A stretch of DNA of 64,000 nucleotides, from NCBI GenBank assembly GCA_963797095.1, contig CAWCNY010000008.1, positions 1 to 64,000 of the forward strand, read 5' to 3'. This stretch comes from an uncultured Chloroflexia bacterium (lineage in GTDB: Bacteria; Chloroflexota; Chloroflexia; QHBQ01; JADMIH01). Both the position numbers and the translations under genes were made by a program. Positions within the stretch are counted from its first letter, which is position 1. Each line of letters starts with the position of its first letter. The notes under the pieces were generated by a model. The model saw nothing but the letters and a program-made list of their open reading frames with translations. It was not told where the DNA came from and did not search any database. This document shows, in pieces, positions 30,375 to 40,846 of the stretch.

Positions 30375-30629
30375 CTATTGCTCGTCCTCGCCTAACTCCT
30401 CGCGCATCCATTTTGCCAACCCTTCTTCGAGTGCAAGTAGCATTTCATCAATTGTCGCATGCTCGCTCTGTTCTTGCCCTTCCCAAACCATCCCACCTAT
30501 GTCCAATGCCCTCACAAACGAGCGGCTGTAGTCATCCTCTCCGATCTCAATCCAGCCGTAATCTCTTACCCAACGAGTGATATGTGGGTAAATCTGCTCG
30601 AACGATTGCTTGGGTTGTTTACGCTCCAT
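30375..30629 (-). CDS. Small acidic hypothetical protein
   Basis: YPHITRWV..GWIEIGEDDYSRSFVRALD; paralog at 48164-48472. Confidence 0.75.
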   Translation of the reverse strand: MERKQPKQSFEQIYPHITRWVRDYGWIEIGEDDYSRSFVRALDIGGMVWEGQEQSEHATIDEMLLALEEGLAKWMREELGEDEQ

Positions 30630-30780
30630 TGGGTAACCCCTCTTGTTGAAATGAGGTATTGACCTGGTGGTGTTATGAAGATCACCCGCTCCAGCACGCA
30701 GAGCAGAAGAGCCAACTCATGAAACTCTGATGAAGCTGCGTAGAGTGAGCGAGTGGGGCGGTGGCAGGGGCAACTATATG

Positions 30781-31387
30781 TCAGGCCTTCGGCGTCCGTC
30801 TCAATATGCTGTTGACCGCTATCTCTCCAGCCAAACCTTCAGGCAGTTGAATTGTCTCGCCAGGTTTCGCTGTCCTAACAGCTCCGTACGTGGCTGCGAC
30901 CGAGTTCACTTCTGTGTAGATTTCAACAACGCCATCAATCAGGTTGATCACCCAGTACTCTTGGATTCCCGCCTCGGCGTAAAGCTGCAATTTGCCGCCC
31001 CGATCGAGCTTGAGGCTGCTATCTGATACCTCAACGAGCAGGGTCACGTCTTCGGGCTTTTGGGCGCGGACCCGCATAGTAATCGTCGCGCCATCTCAAA
31101 ATAGCGATGTCGGGTTGGGGTCGTGAATTGCTGTGGTGTAAGCCTATGGAGTTGCCTTGCGGCCAAATAAGGGTAGTGCCGCGTGCTGCCTCGCTTAATA
31201 CCCGATGGAGGCGTGCAACGGTCAACTCGTGCTGCAAGTCGTGTAGGGGCACATCGACTATCTGACCTCTGATGAGCTCAATACGCACCTCCTGTCCAAA
31301 GACACCTTCAGAAACCATCCTGTCATATTCATCTAGAGTGATGAGGTGCTTCTTTCTGTCGGTTTTGGTCTCTGACTCGATTTGCAT
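30781..31387 (-). pseudogene. Uma2 endonuclease, frameshifted near 31065
   Basis: IELIRGQI..PQPDI in one frame; LVEVSDSSL..YAEAGIQEYWVINL in another. Confidence 0.8.
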
Positions 31388-31454
31388 TTCCGTATCTTCA
31401 ACTGGACTTCTATGACTACGAAGCACATAGTAAGCCTATTTCGGACGGCCGCCA

Positions 31455-31802
31455 TTAAATGTAGAGTAATTGGTCCTGTATTTCGTCTGCTGTCAGGCTA
31501 TTGACAATGACAAGTAGCCTGCGCATAATCTCGTAGGGTGAGCGGCGCACGGCCAGAATGATACCGTAGTGCGTTCGTTCTTCTGCGAAGTATTGCTGGG
31601 CTAACGCCTCGAAGTCGGTGCGGTTGTGGCTTACTAATGCCCTGGATTGGCTGACAGCGTAGGCTAACTGCTCCTCATCAATTTTACCAAGGTTGCTCGC
31701 CTCCAGTGCGGTCCGGACGTCGAAACCATGGGATCTCAACAGTTCAGCCACAAGAACGCTTACGTCTTCGTCAAGGTACAGCTCGACGAACAGTTTCCTC
31801 AT
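31455..31802 (-). CDS. DUF5615 family PIN-like protein
   Basis: LYLDEDV, DEEQLAYA, HYGII. Confidence 0.85.
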   Translation of the reverse strand: MRKLFVELYLDEDVSVLVAELLRSHGFDVRTALEASNLGKIDEEQLAYAVSQSRALVSHNRTDFEALAQQYFAEERTHYGIILAVRRSPYEIMRRLLVIVNSLTADEIQDQLLYI

Positions 31803-32092
31803 AGATCCTTCACCAAAGGATGGATTAGTTCGTCAGGTATCCTATTGCGCTCAATGTATTGGTTGATCTCAGCCTGGTGGTCGCTATAATAGCTAAGCGC
31901 ATCAAACACCTGGGCCAGTGTTAAATGCGGCAGGTGTTGTGGTATCTCTTCCGGCATAGTGCCCAGCCGCCAAATCTCTGCGATAGCACGGACCGACGTG
32001 CGCGTCCCTTTGATGATTGGCTCACCGCTCAGGATTTGCTCGTCTCTAATAATATAGAAGTGTCCTGTCGTTTGCATATCGGTGTGCCTCAA
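31799..32092 (-). CDS. DUF433 family antitoxin
   Basis: SGEPIIKGTR..LTLAQVFDALSYY; 4-bp overlap with DUF5615. Confidence 0.88.
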   Translation of the reverse strand: MRHTDMQTTGHFYIIRDEQILSGEPIIKGTRTSVRAIAEIWRLGTMPEEIPQHLPHLTLAQVFDALSYYSDHQAEINQYIERNRIPDELIHPLVKDL

Positions 32093-32288
32093 CTGTTGCT
32101 TTTCGCTTCATACCAGTGTCACTTTCCTCTCGACGTCGACGGGAGGAAATAGCTTCTTCCTCGCGATTTTAGCATATCAGTCGATGCGTCAACAAGACGA
32201 ACTCGCATTCACTAGAGCACTGATCGAGAAACGACAGCACGGACGCCTGTGATAGCGTGATCTTGTGACCTTGTGACCTTGTGATTTC

Positions 32289-32662
32289 ATGATATTGACC
32301 GATACCGGTCCTATAGTTGCCCTGCTCAATTGCTCGATGCAGATGATCCCGATCATCCTGCCTATTTAGCTGCTGCGCAAAAGTTGTCGGCTGGCCCGTT
32401 GCTCACCACATGGCCGTGCTTTACAGAAGCCATATATTCGCTTGGATCGGTTGGCGGGTATCCTGATCAAGCCAAACTCTGGCGAATGCTTGAGGAGAGG
32501 CGACTGGTTTTGCACGACCTCACTCCCGTGGAGTTGGAACGTATGCCGATTCTAATGCGGAAATATAGCGACACTCCAATGGATCTGGTGGGCCCTTATC
32601 CGGTCGGCGAGGTCCGGGTGATTGACGCTGTTACTGAAACCGAATCGGGCGCGATGCAATAG
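32289..32662 (+). pseudogene. PIN/VapC toxin, frameshifted and 3'-truncated
   Basis: MILTDTGPIVALL start, TTWPCFTEA, KYSDTPMDL, then unrelated sequence. Confidence 0.7.
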
Positions 32663-32738
32663 CGATTCAGATCGCGCGAAGCGCGCCACGCACTTCGCCT
32701 GAAGGATGGCTAAAGGTATGGGCTCGAATGACGATACA

Positions 32739-33071
32739 CTACCAGGGGAAGTTGCCGGGATCAAAGACTGCTACTCTCTGACCGCCGCGCTGTGCCATCT
32801 CGCCGTCCCACCTAACCCCAGGAAGGCCTAGCTGTTGGGCGGTGGCTACATACACTGCGTCTCCGGCCCTCAACCGCAAAGCAGCCGCTTCGGTCGCGGA
32901 ATGCTGCATCAGTTGGCCGCTCATCGGAACTATCGAGATCTGCGATAGTGAGTAGACGCTGGTAGAGGTCCTCAGGCCATTAATCTGTGGGAAGCGAAGC
33001 GTCGCCGGAGTTACGGCGACTGGAGAGGGAGAAGACCCAGGAGGTGCAGGCGGATTGCTGGAGGCGGTCAC
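32739..33071 (-). pseudogene. PIN/VapC toxin lacking its N-terminal motif
   Basis: LRLRAGDAVYVATA..WD retained; no DAS/DTS start. Confidence 0.6.
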
Positions 33072-33077
33072 AGCGCT

Positions 33078-33392
33078 CTAGCTCCGCACATCCCTCATCA
33101 ACTCGACTGCATCAACGGACTGAACGCCTTGCCTCTCCAACTCCTGCCCGATCTCTTGAGACATACTGTCCCACTCAGCCCAAAAGTCAGTCAGGTCTTT
33201 TGGGGTGGAGCGGCCGTACACGGGGATGATCCGCGCCACGATTATCCCATTCCGGGTAATATCAATGTGGTGCCCTGTCTGGTCTATTTGCCGAAGCATC
33301 TCGTCCGAGTGGGCTGCCAGATAGTTGGCTTCAATTGTGGTCATTGAGTAGATCCTTCTCCTACGAACGGTCTGAGTGAGGGGGACTCTCAA
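33078..33392 (-). CDS. Phd/YefM antitoxin
   Basis: ITRNGIIVARIIP; DAVELMRDVR. Confidence 0.75.
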   Translation of the reverse strand: MRVPLTQTVRRRRIYSMTTIEANYLAAHSDEMLRQIDQTGHHIDITRNGIIVARIIPVYGRSTPKDLTDFWAEWDSMSQEIGQELERQGVQSVDAVELMRDVRS

Positions 33393-33702
33393 TTGCTATA
33401 ATCGTGCCTATTACAACCCCTCCATAGAATTATAACATGCCCGAGGTGCCACTGATAACGAGACACAGCTTGATTTTGCCATGCCTATCCGGATGTTACA
33501 CAAGGGCCAGCTAAAGGAGGTACTCGCTGCAGCGGTTTCCTTAGTCTCAGCCGGTTAGCCGCGGCCCCGCTACTACCGCATCACCCGAACGGTGCGTCCA
33601 ACACAAACGTGGTTGTCCCTCTTTCGTGGTAGTATTATCACCCTGGGACCTTTGGAGCATGTTCATCAAAATCGATGGCTGTTTTAGAACTTAAGTGCTA
33701 TA

Positions 33703-34152
33703 ATGAGAGACAAGAATCTGGTAGGCAAAGACACATTCAGGACACATTTAAGGCACCTACTTATGAACTACAATCAGGAAAAAGCATTACGCCACCCCAT
33801 ATTAGGAACGATCCCCGTCAGCACATCCGCTCAGCCGCGCATCACCTCCCAGGACGGGTACCGTCTCTCGGTGAGCCTCACCGTCATCGCCGATAAGGGC
33901 ACTGTTCAATCGAACGACGGCCGAGCGATATGGCACTGCACGGTTGCGATACTCAAAAAGGGTAGTGAAGCGATTACGGTCGAAGAGTGGACCCCTGAAG
34001 CGCACGAACTGGCACAGCAGATGGGCGAGGAGAGTCTCGAAGGGATTGGCGACCGTGACACGCTTTTTAGCAGCGAGACGGACGAATATGTGCTACACTT
34101 ATACCTCGCTCTTACCGAAGAAGAGCAGGAGATGCTTCCTCCGGTGCAGTAA
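33703..34152 (+). CDS. Hypothetical protein
   Basis: 149-aa ORF after a GTGCTATAAT extended -10. Confidence 0.5.
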   Translation: MRDKNLVGKDTFRTHLRHLLMNYNQEKALRHPILGTIPVSTSAQPRITSQDGYRLSVSLTVIADKGTVQSNDGRAIWHCTVAILKKGSEAITVEEWTPEAHELAQQMGEESLEGIGDRDTLFSSETDEYVLHLYLALTEEEQEMLPPVQ

Positions 34153-34240
34153 ACATACCAGCCGTGGCTGGAGCGTACCGCCTGGCCTCAAGACCCCTCT
34201 TGAGATACCGCAATATCACCTGTCTGGCACTGAACCTGGA

Positions 34241-34315
34241 TGGGCGGGCGGCGACTTCGACCCTCAAGAGTTCGACCTGGAGGATACCAACGACGCGCTG
34301 AAGAGGGTGCGCTAG
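34241..34315 (+). pseudogene. 3'-terminal remnant of a pRiA4b ORF3 gene, copy B
   Basis: WAGGDFDPQEFDLEDTNDALKRVR* matches the ends of 8233-9114 and 42718-43599. Confidence 0.8.
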
Positions 34316-34491
34316 AGCACGACTTCGCCTGTAGACTGAACTGCGCAGGCAGCTCGCGGATATTGCGTTCCTAACCCGTGCCAGACGAGGATCACTCGCA
34401 CGTATGGCGAACTACCGTGCTATAATGGGACTGGGACGGTCACAGGAGCGGCTAACACAGGAGTGGGTAGGCCAAAGGTAATGGCATAAAT

Positions 34492-34794
34492 ATGCGAACC
34501 CAGTCAACCGATACAGATCCGATAATTGAGCGAATACAGATCGCAGGGCTGCGGCGACTGACGCCAGGCCAACGCTTTCAAATGGCTAACAGTCTCACCC
34601 GAAGTGCTTTCACCTTATCCTGGAGTAACTTCCGGCGCAAGCACGCCGACCTGGACGAGCGTGAGGCAGCCTTGCTCTGGGTGCGACTGCTGTATGGGGA
34701 TGACCTGGCAGAGCGCGTGTCTGCGCACCTGGAGCACCTGGAGCACCTGGAGCACCTGGAGCACCCGGGACATCGACATAGCTCAAGAGGGTGA
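34492..34794 (+). CDS. Small hypothetical protein, putative TA partner, with an LEH repeat
   Basis: STDTDP..Q...LRRLTPGQRF; CCTGGAGCA tandem repeat near the 3' end. Confidence 0.65.
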   Translation: MRTQSTDTDPIIERIQIAGLRRLTPGQRFQMANSLTRSAFTLSWSNFRRKHADLDEREAALLWVRLLYGDDLAERVSAHLEHLEHLEHLEHPGHRHSSRG

Positions 34795-34798
34795 GTTC

Positions 34799-35383
34799 AT
34801 GATTCCCCCCGACTGGGTACCCGTTTTGCAGCCGGTCATTCACGCATTTGACGGGCTCGGTGTGCTCTATCAAGTGGGTGGCTCCCTTGCCTCCTCAGCA
34901 TGGGGCCTCCCTCGCTCCACCCAGGACGCCGACCTTGTGGCAGACCTACAGCTTCAGCATGTGGAACCGCTCGTGGCTCAGTTGCTCGACAGTTACTACG
35001 TTGACGCCTCCATGATCCGTGAAGCGATTGTACAGCAAAGCTCCTTCAATCTCCTGCACCTGGCTACCATGCTCAAAGTTGACGTATTTATTCCTAAGCG
35101 CAGCGCGTTTGACGAGGTAGCGTTTCAGCGCGCCCGCCCACAATGGCTGGACGCACCGCAATCGGAACAGGTACTCTTCACCTCTCCGGAGGACATAATC
35201 CTGCACAAACTGGTTTGGTACCGGTCGGGTGGCGAGGTGTCTGAGCGGCAATGGCTGGACGTTCTCGGCGTGCTGAAGGTGCAGGCAGAGGACCTGGATG
35301 TCACCTACTTACGGGATTGGGCTGCGAGGCTCGGCGTTTCTGAACTCCTCGCGCGAACCTGGCAAGAAGCAGGGCTCCTATAG
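34799..35383 (+). CDS. Nucleotidyltransferase-fold protein, putative TA component
   Basis: VGGSLAS..GLPRSTQDADLV, SPEDIILHKL, QWLDV. Confidence 0.75.
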   Translation: MIPPDWVPVLQPVIHAFDGLGVLYQVGGSLASSAWGLPRSTQDADLVADLQLQHVEPLVAQLLDSYYVDASMIREAIVQQSSFNLLHLATMLKVDVFIPKRSAFDEVAFQRARPQWLDAPQSEQVLFTSPEDIILHKLVWYRSGGEVSERQWLDVLGVLKVQAEDLDVTYLRDWAARLGVSELLARTWQEAGLL

Positions 35384-35475
35384 AATCAAAGACATCATTA
35401 CCGTGTATGTGTAGGGGCGGCTACTCTGTAGTTGGCAACATGGATGCCTCAGCAGAACATTCGCACCAGGTTGCC

Positions 35476-35517
35476 AGCCGTTATTATACTCTTCGGCCGA
35501 AGAGTATAATAACGGCT
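35476..35517. other. Perfect 42-bp palindrome; conserved site, copy B
   Basis: AGCCGTTATTATACTCTTCGG|CCGAAGAGTATAATAACGGCT, 93 bp from the integrase stop. Confidence 0.9.
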
Positions 35518-35610
35518 CCAGCAGTGATACACGGGTACAATAGGGGAGCCACTAAGGGAGCTACTTCGAGAGGCTCCCTTAGTGGCCTAATTTGAAACTG
35601 GGCCGCCGCT

Positions 35611-36752
35611 CTAGCCTTCCGTGAGCAGCGCATTCATCCTGTCGGCAGCTTCTTTCTGCAACGCCGGAATGACGTGGGAATAGGTATCCATAGTGAGGCT
35701 GATCTGGCTGTGGCCGAGCGTCTCCATCACCACGCGAGGGTGCACTCCCCGGGCCAGCAGAAGCGAAGCGCATGTGTGGCGCAGGTCGTGGGAGCGGATA
35801 TGGGGAAGGCCTGCACGCTGCAGCGCTTCCTGGAAGAGGCGGGAGGCGTTTCTCGGGTCGAGGGATGTGCCGATCGTCGAGGTGAAGACCAGCCCGCTCT
35901 CTTTCCAGCGGGTGCCTGCAGCAAGCCTCTCCTCCAGCTGGCTGATACGGTGGGAGCGCAAGGCGTTCACGGTCACCTGGGGCATGAAGATCGTGCGGCG
36001 GCTCTTCCGGGTCTTAGGCTCGACAAGCTGGGGCTTGCCGTCGATGCGCTGGAGGGGGTATCGGACGTTCAGCGTGCACTTGCCCATGTCGACGTCTTCC
36101 CAGCGAAGGCCGAGTGCTTCACCCTGTCGCAAACCGAGCGCGATAGCCACCGAGTAAAGGGCTTCCAAGCGGTCGCCGCGTACCGTGTTGAGGAAAGTGC
36201 GCGCTTCCTCGGGGAGAGGGAGCGCATCTCGTAACGGCGCGACCTGGGCGAGTCCACCAGCTGCGCTACATTGCGCGGCACGAGCGACCACTTGTACGCT
36301 CGTCCCAGTGCCATTTTGAGAATAGCATGGCAGTATCGTACGGTGCGGGGCGATAGGCCTCTTTTGAGCAGCTTGTTCAATAGCTGCTGGATTTCCTGCG
36401 GGCTGAGCTTGCCAAGCTGGATGTGACCGAGCTCGGGCCGAATGTACAGGCGCACGAGTTGTGCATAGCTGTCGTACGCCTTGGGCCGGACGCGGGGTCG
36501 CGCTGAATCTTCAAGCCATTTGCTCAGAAATTCGCCAACCGTCTGGCGCTCGACCGAGACAGGCAGGCCCTGCTGTCGGGTGTGAGGACCGCTTTTGAGC
36601 TGGTCGACCACCTCCCGGCGCGTCTTACCGTAGTAGACTTTACGTTGCCTCTTGCCATCCTGGTAGCCGAGGTCAATCCTGGCTTCCCATCTCCCGTCTT
36701 TGCGCTGCGTGATCCCGCCGTCGCCGTGCCCGCGTCGCTTCTCCGCCGCCAT
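35611..36752 (-). pseudogene. Tyrosine integrase, copy B, frameshift near 36215
   Basis: Close paralog of 13138-14283 split over two frames. Confidence 0.88.
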
Positions 36753-36954
36753 CGCTTTGTCCTCCAGTCTCCTGTGCCGTTTCTTCCTCGTTTCCTGCAG
36801 GCAGAATGTCTTTGCCTTGCTGAGTATCGCGCGCCAGCCGGTCGATAGCCAGCATGATCACCGTACTTTCGGACATATCGAACCTGCTCGCAAGGTCTTT
36901 CAGTTGAGCTATTGTATAGCTCGATAGACGCACATTTACCTGCTGTCTTGGCAT
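36673..36954 (-). CDS. RHH protein, copy B
   Basis: Near-identical to 14204-14485. Confidence 0.75.
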   Translation of the reverse strand: MPRQQVNVRLSSYTIAQLKDLASRFDMSESTVIMLAIDRLARDTQQGKDILPAGNEEETAQETGGQSDGGGEATRARRRRDHAAQRREMGSQD

Positions 36955-37083
36955 ATCTGCTCCATAACGCCTCCGTTCCTGCGATCCTTGGATCACTTCG
37001 CAGACCAACTTCCCCGCTGCCCGGCCATTGGCCTGTTATACCTTATTAGCACACCCTTCACCAACAGATGACTGAACAATTAG

Positions 37084-37100
37084 TATAGCATAATGCTATA
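37084..37100. promoter_or_regulatory. Palindromic operator, copy B
   Basis: TATAGCATAATGCTATA. Confidence 0.65.
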
Positions 37101-37291
37101 TATAATGCAATATCTCCGGCCAAGAAAGGTGCTCCGAATCTTGAGTTGGCAGGTGAAAGCTAGCGTCCTGCTAACCTGAGAAAGGAAGTCACTACGGCCG
37201 GAACATGTAGAAAACTCATATATGGTATTATTTTCCCGCACGATCTTCCTTGCTACGCGGCATCTTGCGGTTGGTAGAAGAGGAGTACGAC

Positions 37292-37565
37292 CTGAGAATC
37301 AGCAAACAAAGAGCTTTGATGGCGATCGCAAAAGACCAGGGTGGCTATTTCACCGCCCAACAGGCGCTGGCGGCGGGTTACACATACCAGGAGCAGCGAC
37401 ACCATACGTTGCGAGGCAACTGGGACAAGATCGAGAGACGCATCTATCGCTTCCCGGAGTTTCCGGAGCCGCGGTACCCTCAGCGGGATGACCTGGTGGT
37501 CCTGACGCTTATCAGCCACGATAGACGGGGAGAGCCGCAAGCCGTGGCATCCCATGAGACGCTGG
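37292..37565 (+). pseudogene. AbiEi antitoxin fragment, copy B
   Basis: Matches 14860-15495 up to ASHET, then diverges; the ATG is replaced by ATC. Confidence 0.8.
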
Positions 37566-37744
37566 GAATCTCACCTTTGGTCATATCGTCCATTGTAACG
37601 CCTTCTCCCTTCTCATCGAGCGTAATCGCAAACGCCACGCACAGCACGTACAGCCAAAAGCCACCAAGCCAAGGCGATGCATAGTGACGCAGCATGTAGA
37701 TGCATCTGCAGATTTGTAGCACTCGGCCTCGCGCTCATTTAGCC

Positions 37745-38500
37745 TCATTTGGCAGTCAGATCTTTGTCATCCATTTCCCAAGCGTGGTCGAGGGTGTGAA
37801 AGGCGGTGTGCCGGATGAGGTACCGCAGCGGCCACTTGCGAGCCATCTTGTTCTGGGAATGCAACTCCCGAATTGCGTTGCAGTATGCATCGCGATGGAG
37901 ACTCAGTCCCTCGTCGGTCAGCATCTCCTCCCAAGGCGTAAGCACCCCTACCTTCTTTGTGAAGTCCAGCTCCGAGAAGAGCGTATGACGGACGATGCGG
38001 TCCCGATCTCGCCCCCCGCCTCGCGGACCCTTCTGCATCTCAGCCGACACGCGAAAACGCACATCGTCGAAAAACGCCCAGCACGAGCGCATCAGCGCCA
38101 GTTCACGCTCCAATGCTTCGCCTGACATGGCCTGCTGGTCGATACGCGAAAAGGCGAACGAGATACCCCAGAAGTCGGTTGAGCCCGTGCCCGGATACTG
38201 CTCGACCACGTCAACTGCTTTTTCGACAGCGCTGCTGGTGGTGCTGGCAGTACTGATCGCAAACTCGGCCTCCAGCCCAGCCAGCTTTGCCACCGGAGCG
38301 TAGCGTGGAACGTAGGACACCAACCGTTCGATCGCAGCCTCCTCGGTCGTTGACCCGCGCTCCAGACCGGGCCAGTCCGGTGCCACCGCCACCACTCTCT
38401 TGCCTCTCAATCCGATTTCCAGCGTCACTCGAAGGTTGTTGGTTTCGTTAGCGTCATTAGCTTCGTTAGCGTCGTTACAATTCTTACTAGGGTTACCCAT
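37745..38500 (-). CDS. Conserved hypothetical protein (HicB-like N-terminus, DinB-like C-terminus)
   Basis: APDWPGLERG, KGPRGGGRDRDRIVRH, HTLDHAWEM. Confidence 0.7.
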   Translation of the reverse strand: MGNPSKNCNDANEANDANETNNLRVTLEIGLRGKRVVAVAPDWPGLERGSTTEEAAIERLVSYVPRYAPVAKLAGLEAEFAISTASTTSSAVEKAVDVVEQYPGTGSTDFWGISFAFSRIDQQAMSGEALERELALMRSCWAFFDDVRFRVSAEMQKGPRGGGRDRDRIVRHTLFSELDFTKKVGVLTPWEEMLTDEGLSLHRDAYCNAIRELHSQNKMARKWPLRYLIRHTAFHTLDHAWEMDDKDLTAK

Positions 38501-38637
38501 GGCTCCTCCTTAGCTCCTTAGGCATGAGCTTGCATGTACTGTGTAAGGGTAAGGGTAAGGGTAAGCTTCCAGACATGGACACCTGCACAAGCGAGTGCAA
38601 TGAGGGCACCCAGCAGCCATGAGTGCCCTTGTTTGCC

Positions 38638-39531
38638 CTATGCCTGATACGAACCTATGCTCTGCTCAATGCTCAATTCATCGAAGGCTTGCCCTATCAC
38701 GTTTGGAAGACGTTCTTCCTCTCCGCGAGGGGCAAGTTTGTGTAGCTGCTGTGCAACACGCGTGATGGTGGTCTCTCGGTCCCATCTGCCGGCGAGCGAT
38801 TCTCCAACCTGAGTATGCAGGGAGATAAACCAAAGTCTTAAGTCAGTCAGAGCATCAGCCCCTTGGATTGGACCATGACCGGGAATGACGTGCTCAACTC
38901 CCAGAGCTTCGAGCTTTTCCAGAGCCTCGATCCAGTTCACCACGCTCCCGCCGGAAGGCACCCCTGCAGCGCCATGGTTCCAGACCGGCACCTGGGCATT
39001 GAAGAGGAGATCGCCCGTAAACAAGGTGCGCGATTGGGGCAACCATGCGACGCTATCGCTCGGACTGTGCGCTCGGGCAAGATAGAGCAGTTGCACCTCA
39101 ATATCACCAATGAACACCGTCATCCTATCCTGGAAGGTGAGCGTGGGAGGAGTAATGACCACATCGCTTACCAATGCTGCTGTATCGGGATTCTGGCGCC
39201 AACGAGCAAGCGCCCCCTCTCCATGGGCAACCAGAGAATCTCGTACACCTCTGTGCGCGATGATGGGACAATCCGCAAATACCTGGTTCCCATACACATG
39301 ATCGCTGTGGAGATGCGTATTGAAAAGGTACAACGCACCGTCCCCGTCTCTATGACGTTCCTGTGCGGCATGTGCCGCAGCGGCAGCGCGTAAAGGAGCT
39401 GCTTCGGCCACGCCAATGCCAGAATCGACCACGAGCACGTTCCCGCCCTGAGAGATCAAACCGCGATTGCAGATTCCTCCAAGGGCGGCATGCACGCCCG
39501 GAGCAATCTCCTGAATGCTCAAATCAGACAT
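38638..39531 (-). CDS. MBL-fold metallo-hydrolase
   Basis: NTHLHSDHVYGN, AHSPSD, TGDL, IPGHG. Confidence 0.9.
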   Translation of the reverse strand: MSDLSIQEIAPGVHAALGGICNRGLISQGGNVLVVDSGIGVAEAAPLRAAAAAHAAQERHRDGDGALYLFNTHLHSDHVYGNQVFADCPIIAHRGVRDSLVAHGEGALARWRQNPDTAALVSDVVITPPTLTFQDRMTVFIGDIEVQLLYLARAHSPSDSVAWLPQSRTLFTGDLLFNAQVPVWNHGAAGVPSGGSVVNWIEALEKLEALGVEHVIPGHGPIQGADALTDLRLWFISLHTQVGESLAGRWDRETTITRVAQQLHKLAPRGEEERLPNVIGQAFDELSIEQSIGSYQA

Positions 39532-39636
39532 TTCTTTCCCCTTTCCAGCGTCGCCCTAATTCGGTTGGTGTCGTTCGTGTTGTTGGTGTTGCTCTTATGG
39601 TTACCCATGGCTCCACAGTTCCTCCTTAGGACCTCC

Positions 39637-40326
39637 TTAGGATGTAAACAGTTTCCAATGGCCTTCGGTCACGACTTCAACGGTCCCCCTGGTCCCGTTG
39701 GTCCCATCGGTCACTTTGAGGGCGGTGTCATCGTCGATTGCGTAGAGGGGCACTGGCACCTCGGCCGCCATTCTTTCTACGTTGGCCGTGGAACTTTCCG
39801 GGTGATCCTCGTGATCCAGGTGCGGAAGCAACGCAAAGTCAACCAATCCCAGCCCCTCATCTATGACGTAGGGCGTATTCGGGTCGTCGTACGTCTCACC
39901 GTATATAGGGGCTGTCACCATACTGCCTGCGCTTATCCCCACATAGACTGTCTCGCGCAGTTCGGGCGAGGACAGGAGGTCTGCCAAGCCCGACTCTCGC
40001 ATCCAGCGGCACAGATACAGAATATCGCCACCATACACCAACAGGGCGTCAGTCTCCTGGACAGCTGCGATCCAGTACTCTGCTTTGATGCTTGGAAGCG
40101 CGGTGAGCTCCAGCACCCCCAACGACTGCCACCCCAATTCGCATATGGGAGTGGGGGCTGATCCGCTGATAAAGCGGTAGGCCATTTGAGGCCCGCCGGG
40201 GAAGGGGAGGATCGCAGTGGGAATGCACAGGGCGCTACACTCTGCAATGGGTTTGCCCAGGAGGTCGACCAGAGCGTTGTGGATGCTCGTATTCTTGATG
40301 CCAGCGGACGTGAGCAAAAGTTTCAT
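39637..40326 (-). CDS. Peptidase E / S51 family protein
   Basis: MKLLLTSAG, YVGISAGS, LPHLD, YAIDD. Confidence 0.88.
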   Translation of the reverse strand: MKLLLTSAGIKNTSIHNALVDLLGKPIAECSALCIPTAILPFPGGPQMAYRFISGSAPTPICELGWQSLGVLELTALPSIKAEYWIAAVQETDALLVYGGDILYLCRWMRESGLADLLSSPELRETVYVGISAGSMVTAPIYGETYDDPNTPYVIDEGLGLVDFALLPHLDHEDHPESSTANVERMAAEVPVPLYAIDDDTALKVTDGTNGTRGTVEVVTEGHWKLFTS

Positions 40327-40372
40327 GTTGCCTCGTGCCTCTCCTTGCCGAACAATCGCTGCGCTAAATGCG

Positions 40373-40843
40373 CTAAAACTCGGGAGTTTCAAAGCCAAGC
40401 ACACCCAGCATGAGGGCAAGCTCCCCAGCATGGCACAGGTCGTGGTCGAGCATACCCCAGACGGTGCGCAGCCCATTCGCCTCCTGCTCGGAAACAGGGG
40501 CAGGATCGTCCCTGGTGGAAGGCTCGATATAGGCGCGCCATATCCGCCATGTGTGCTTAAGCCCGGTCACGATCTCGGCGACTGAGCGCGGCGGGTCGTC
40601 CGGCTCGTCCCAACTCATCATCGGCTCAAGCGATGGGTCCTCCACGACCCTGTGTACCCACAGAGCACGCCCGCGCACTATGTGCTCGGCCTGCTCTCCT
40701 AACGTGCGCACATTGGGTGCGATGCGCATGCTGATTTGTTCGTCGGTTAGCAGCGAAACCACTCGCACCAGTTCATCCTGCATGAACTGCCAAATCTCCA
40801 GTGCTCGCTCCGCCGCGATTTGCGATTTTGTCATTGGCCTCAC
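40373..40843 (-). CDS. DinB family protein
   Basis: RTLGEQAEHI and HDLCHAGEL. Confidence 0.75.
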   Translation of the reverse strand: MRPMTKSQIAAERALEIWQFMQDELVRVVSLLTDEQISMRIAPNVRTLGEQAEHIVRGRALWVHRVVEDPSLEPMMSWDEPDDPPRSVAEIVTGLKHTWRIWRAYIEPSTRDDPAPVSEQEANGLRTVWGMLDHDLCHAGELALMLGVLGFETPEF

Positions 40844-40846
40844 TCC

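Noticed and set aside
35476-35517. Protelomerase (hairpin telomere) target site
   Set aside because: It shares ATTATAC/GTATAAT with N15 telRL, but the spacing differs, two of three copies are asymmetric and no protelomerase is present.
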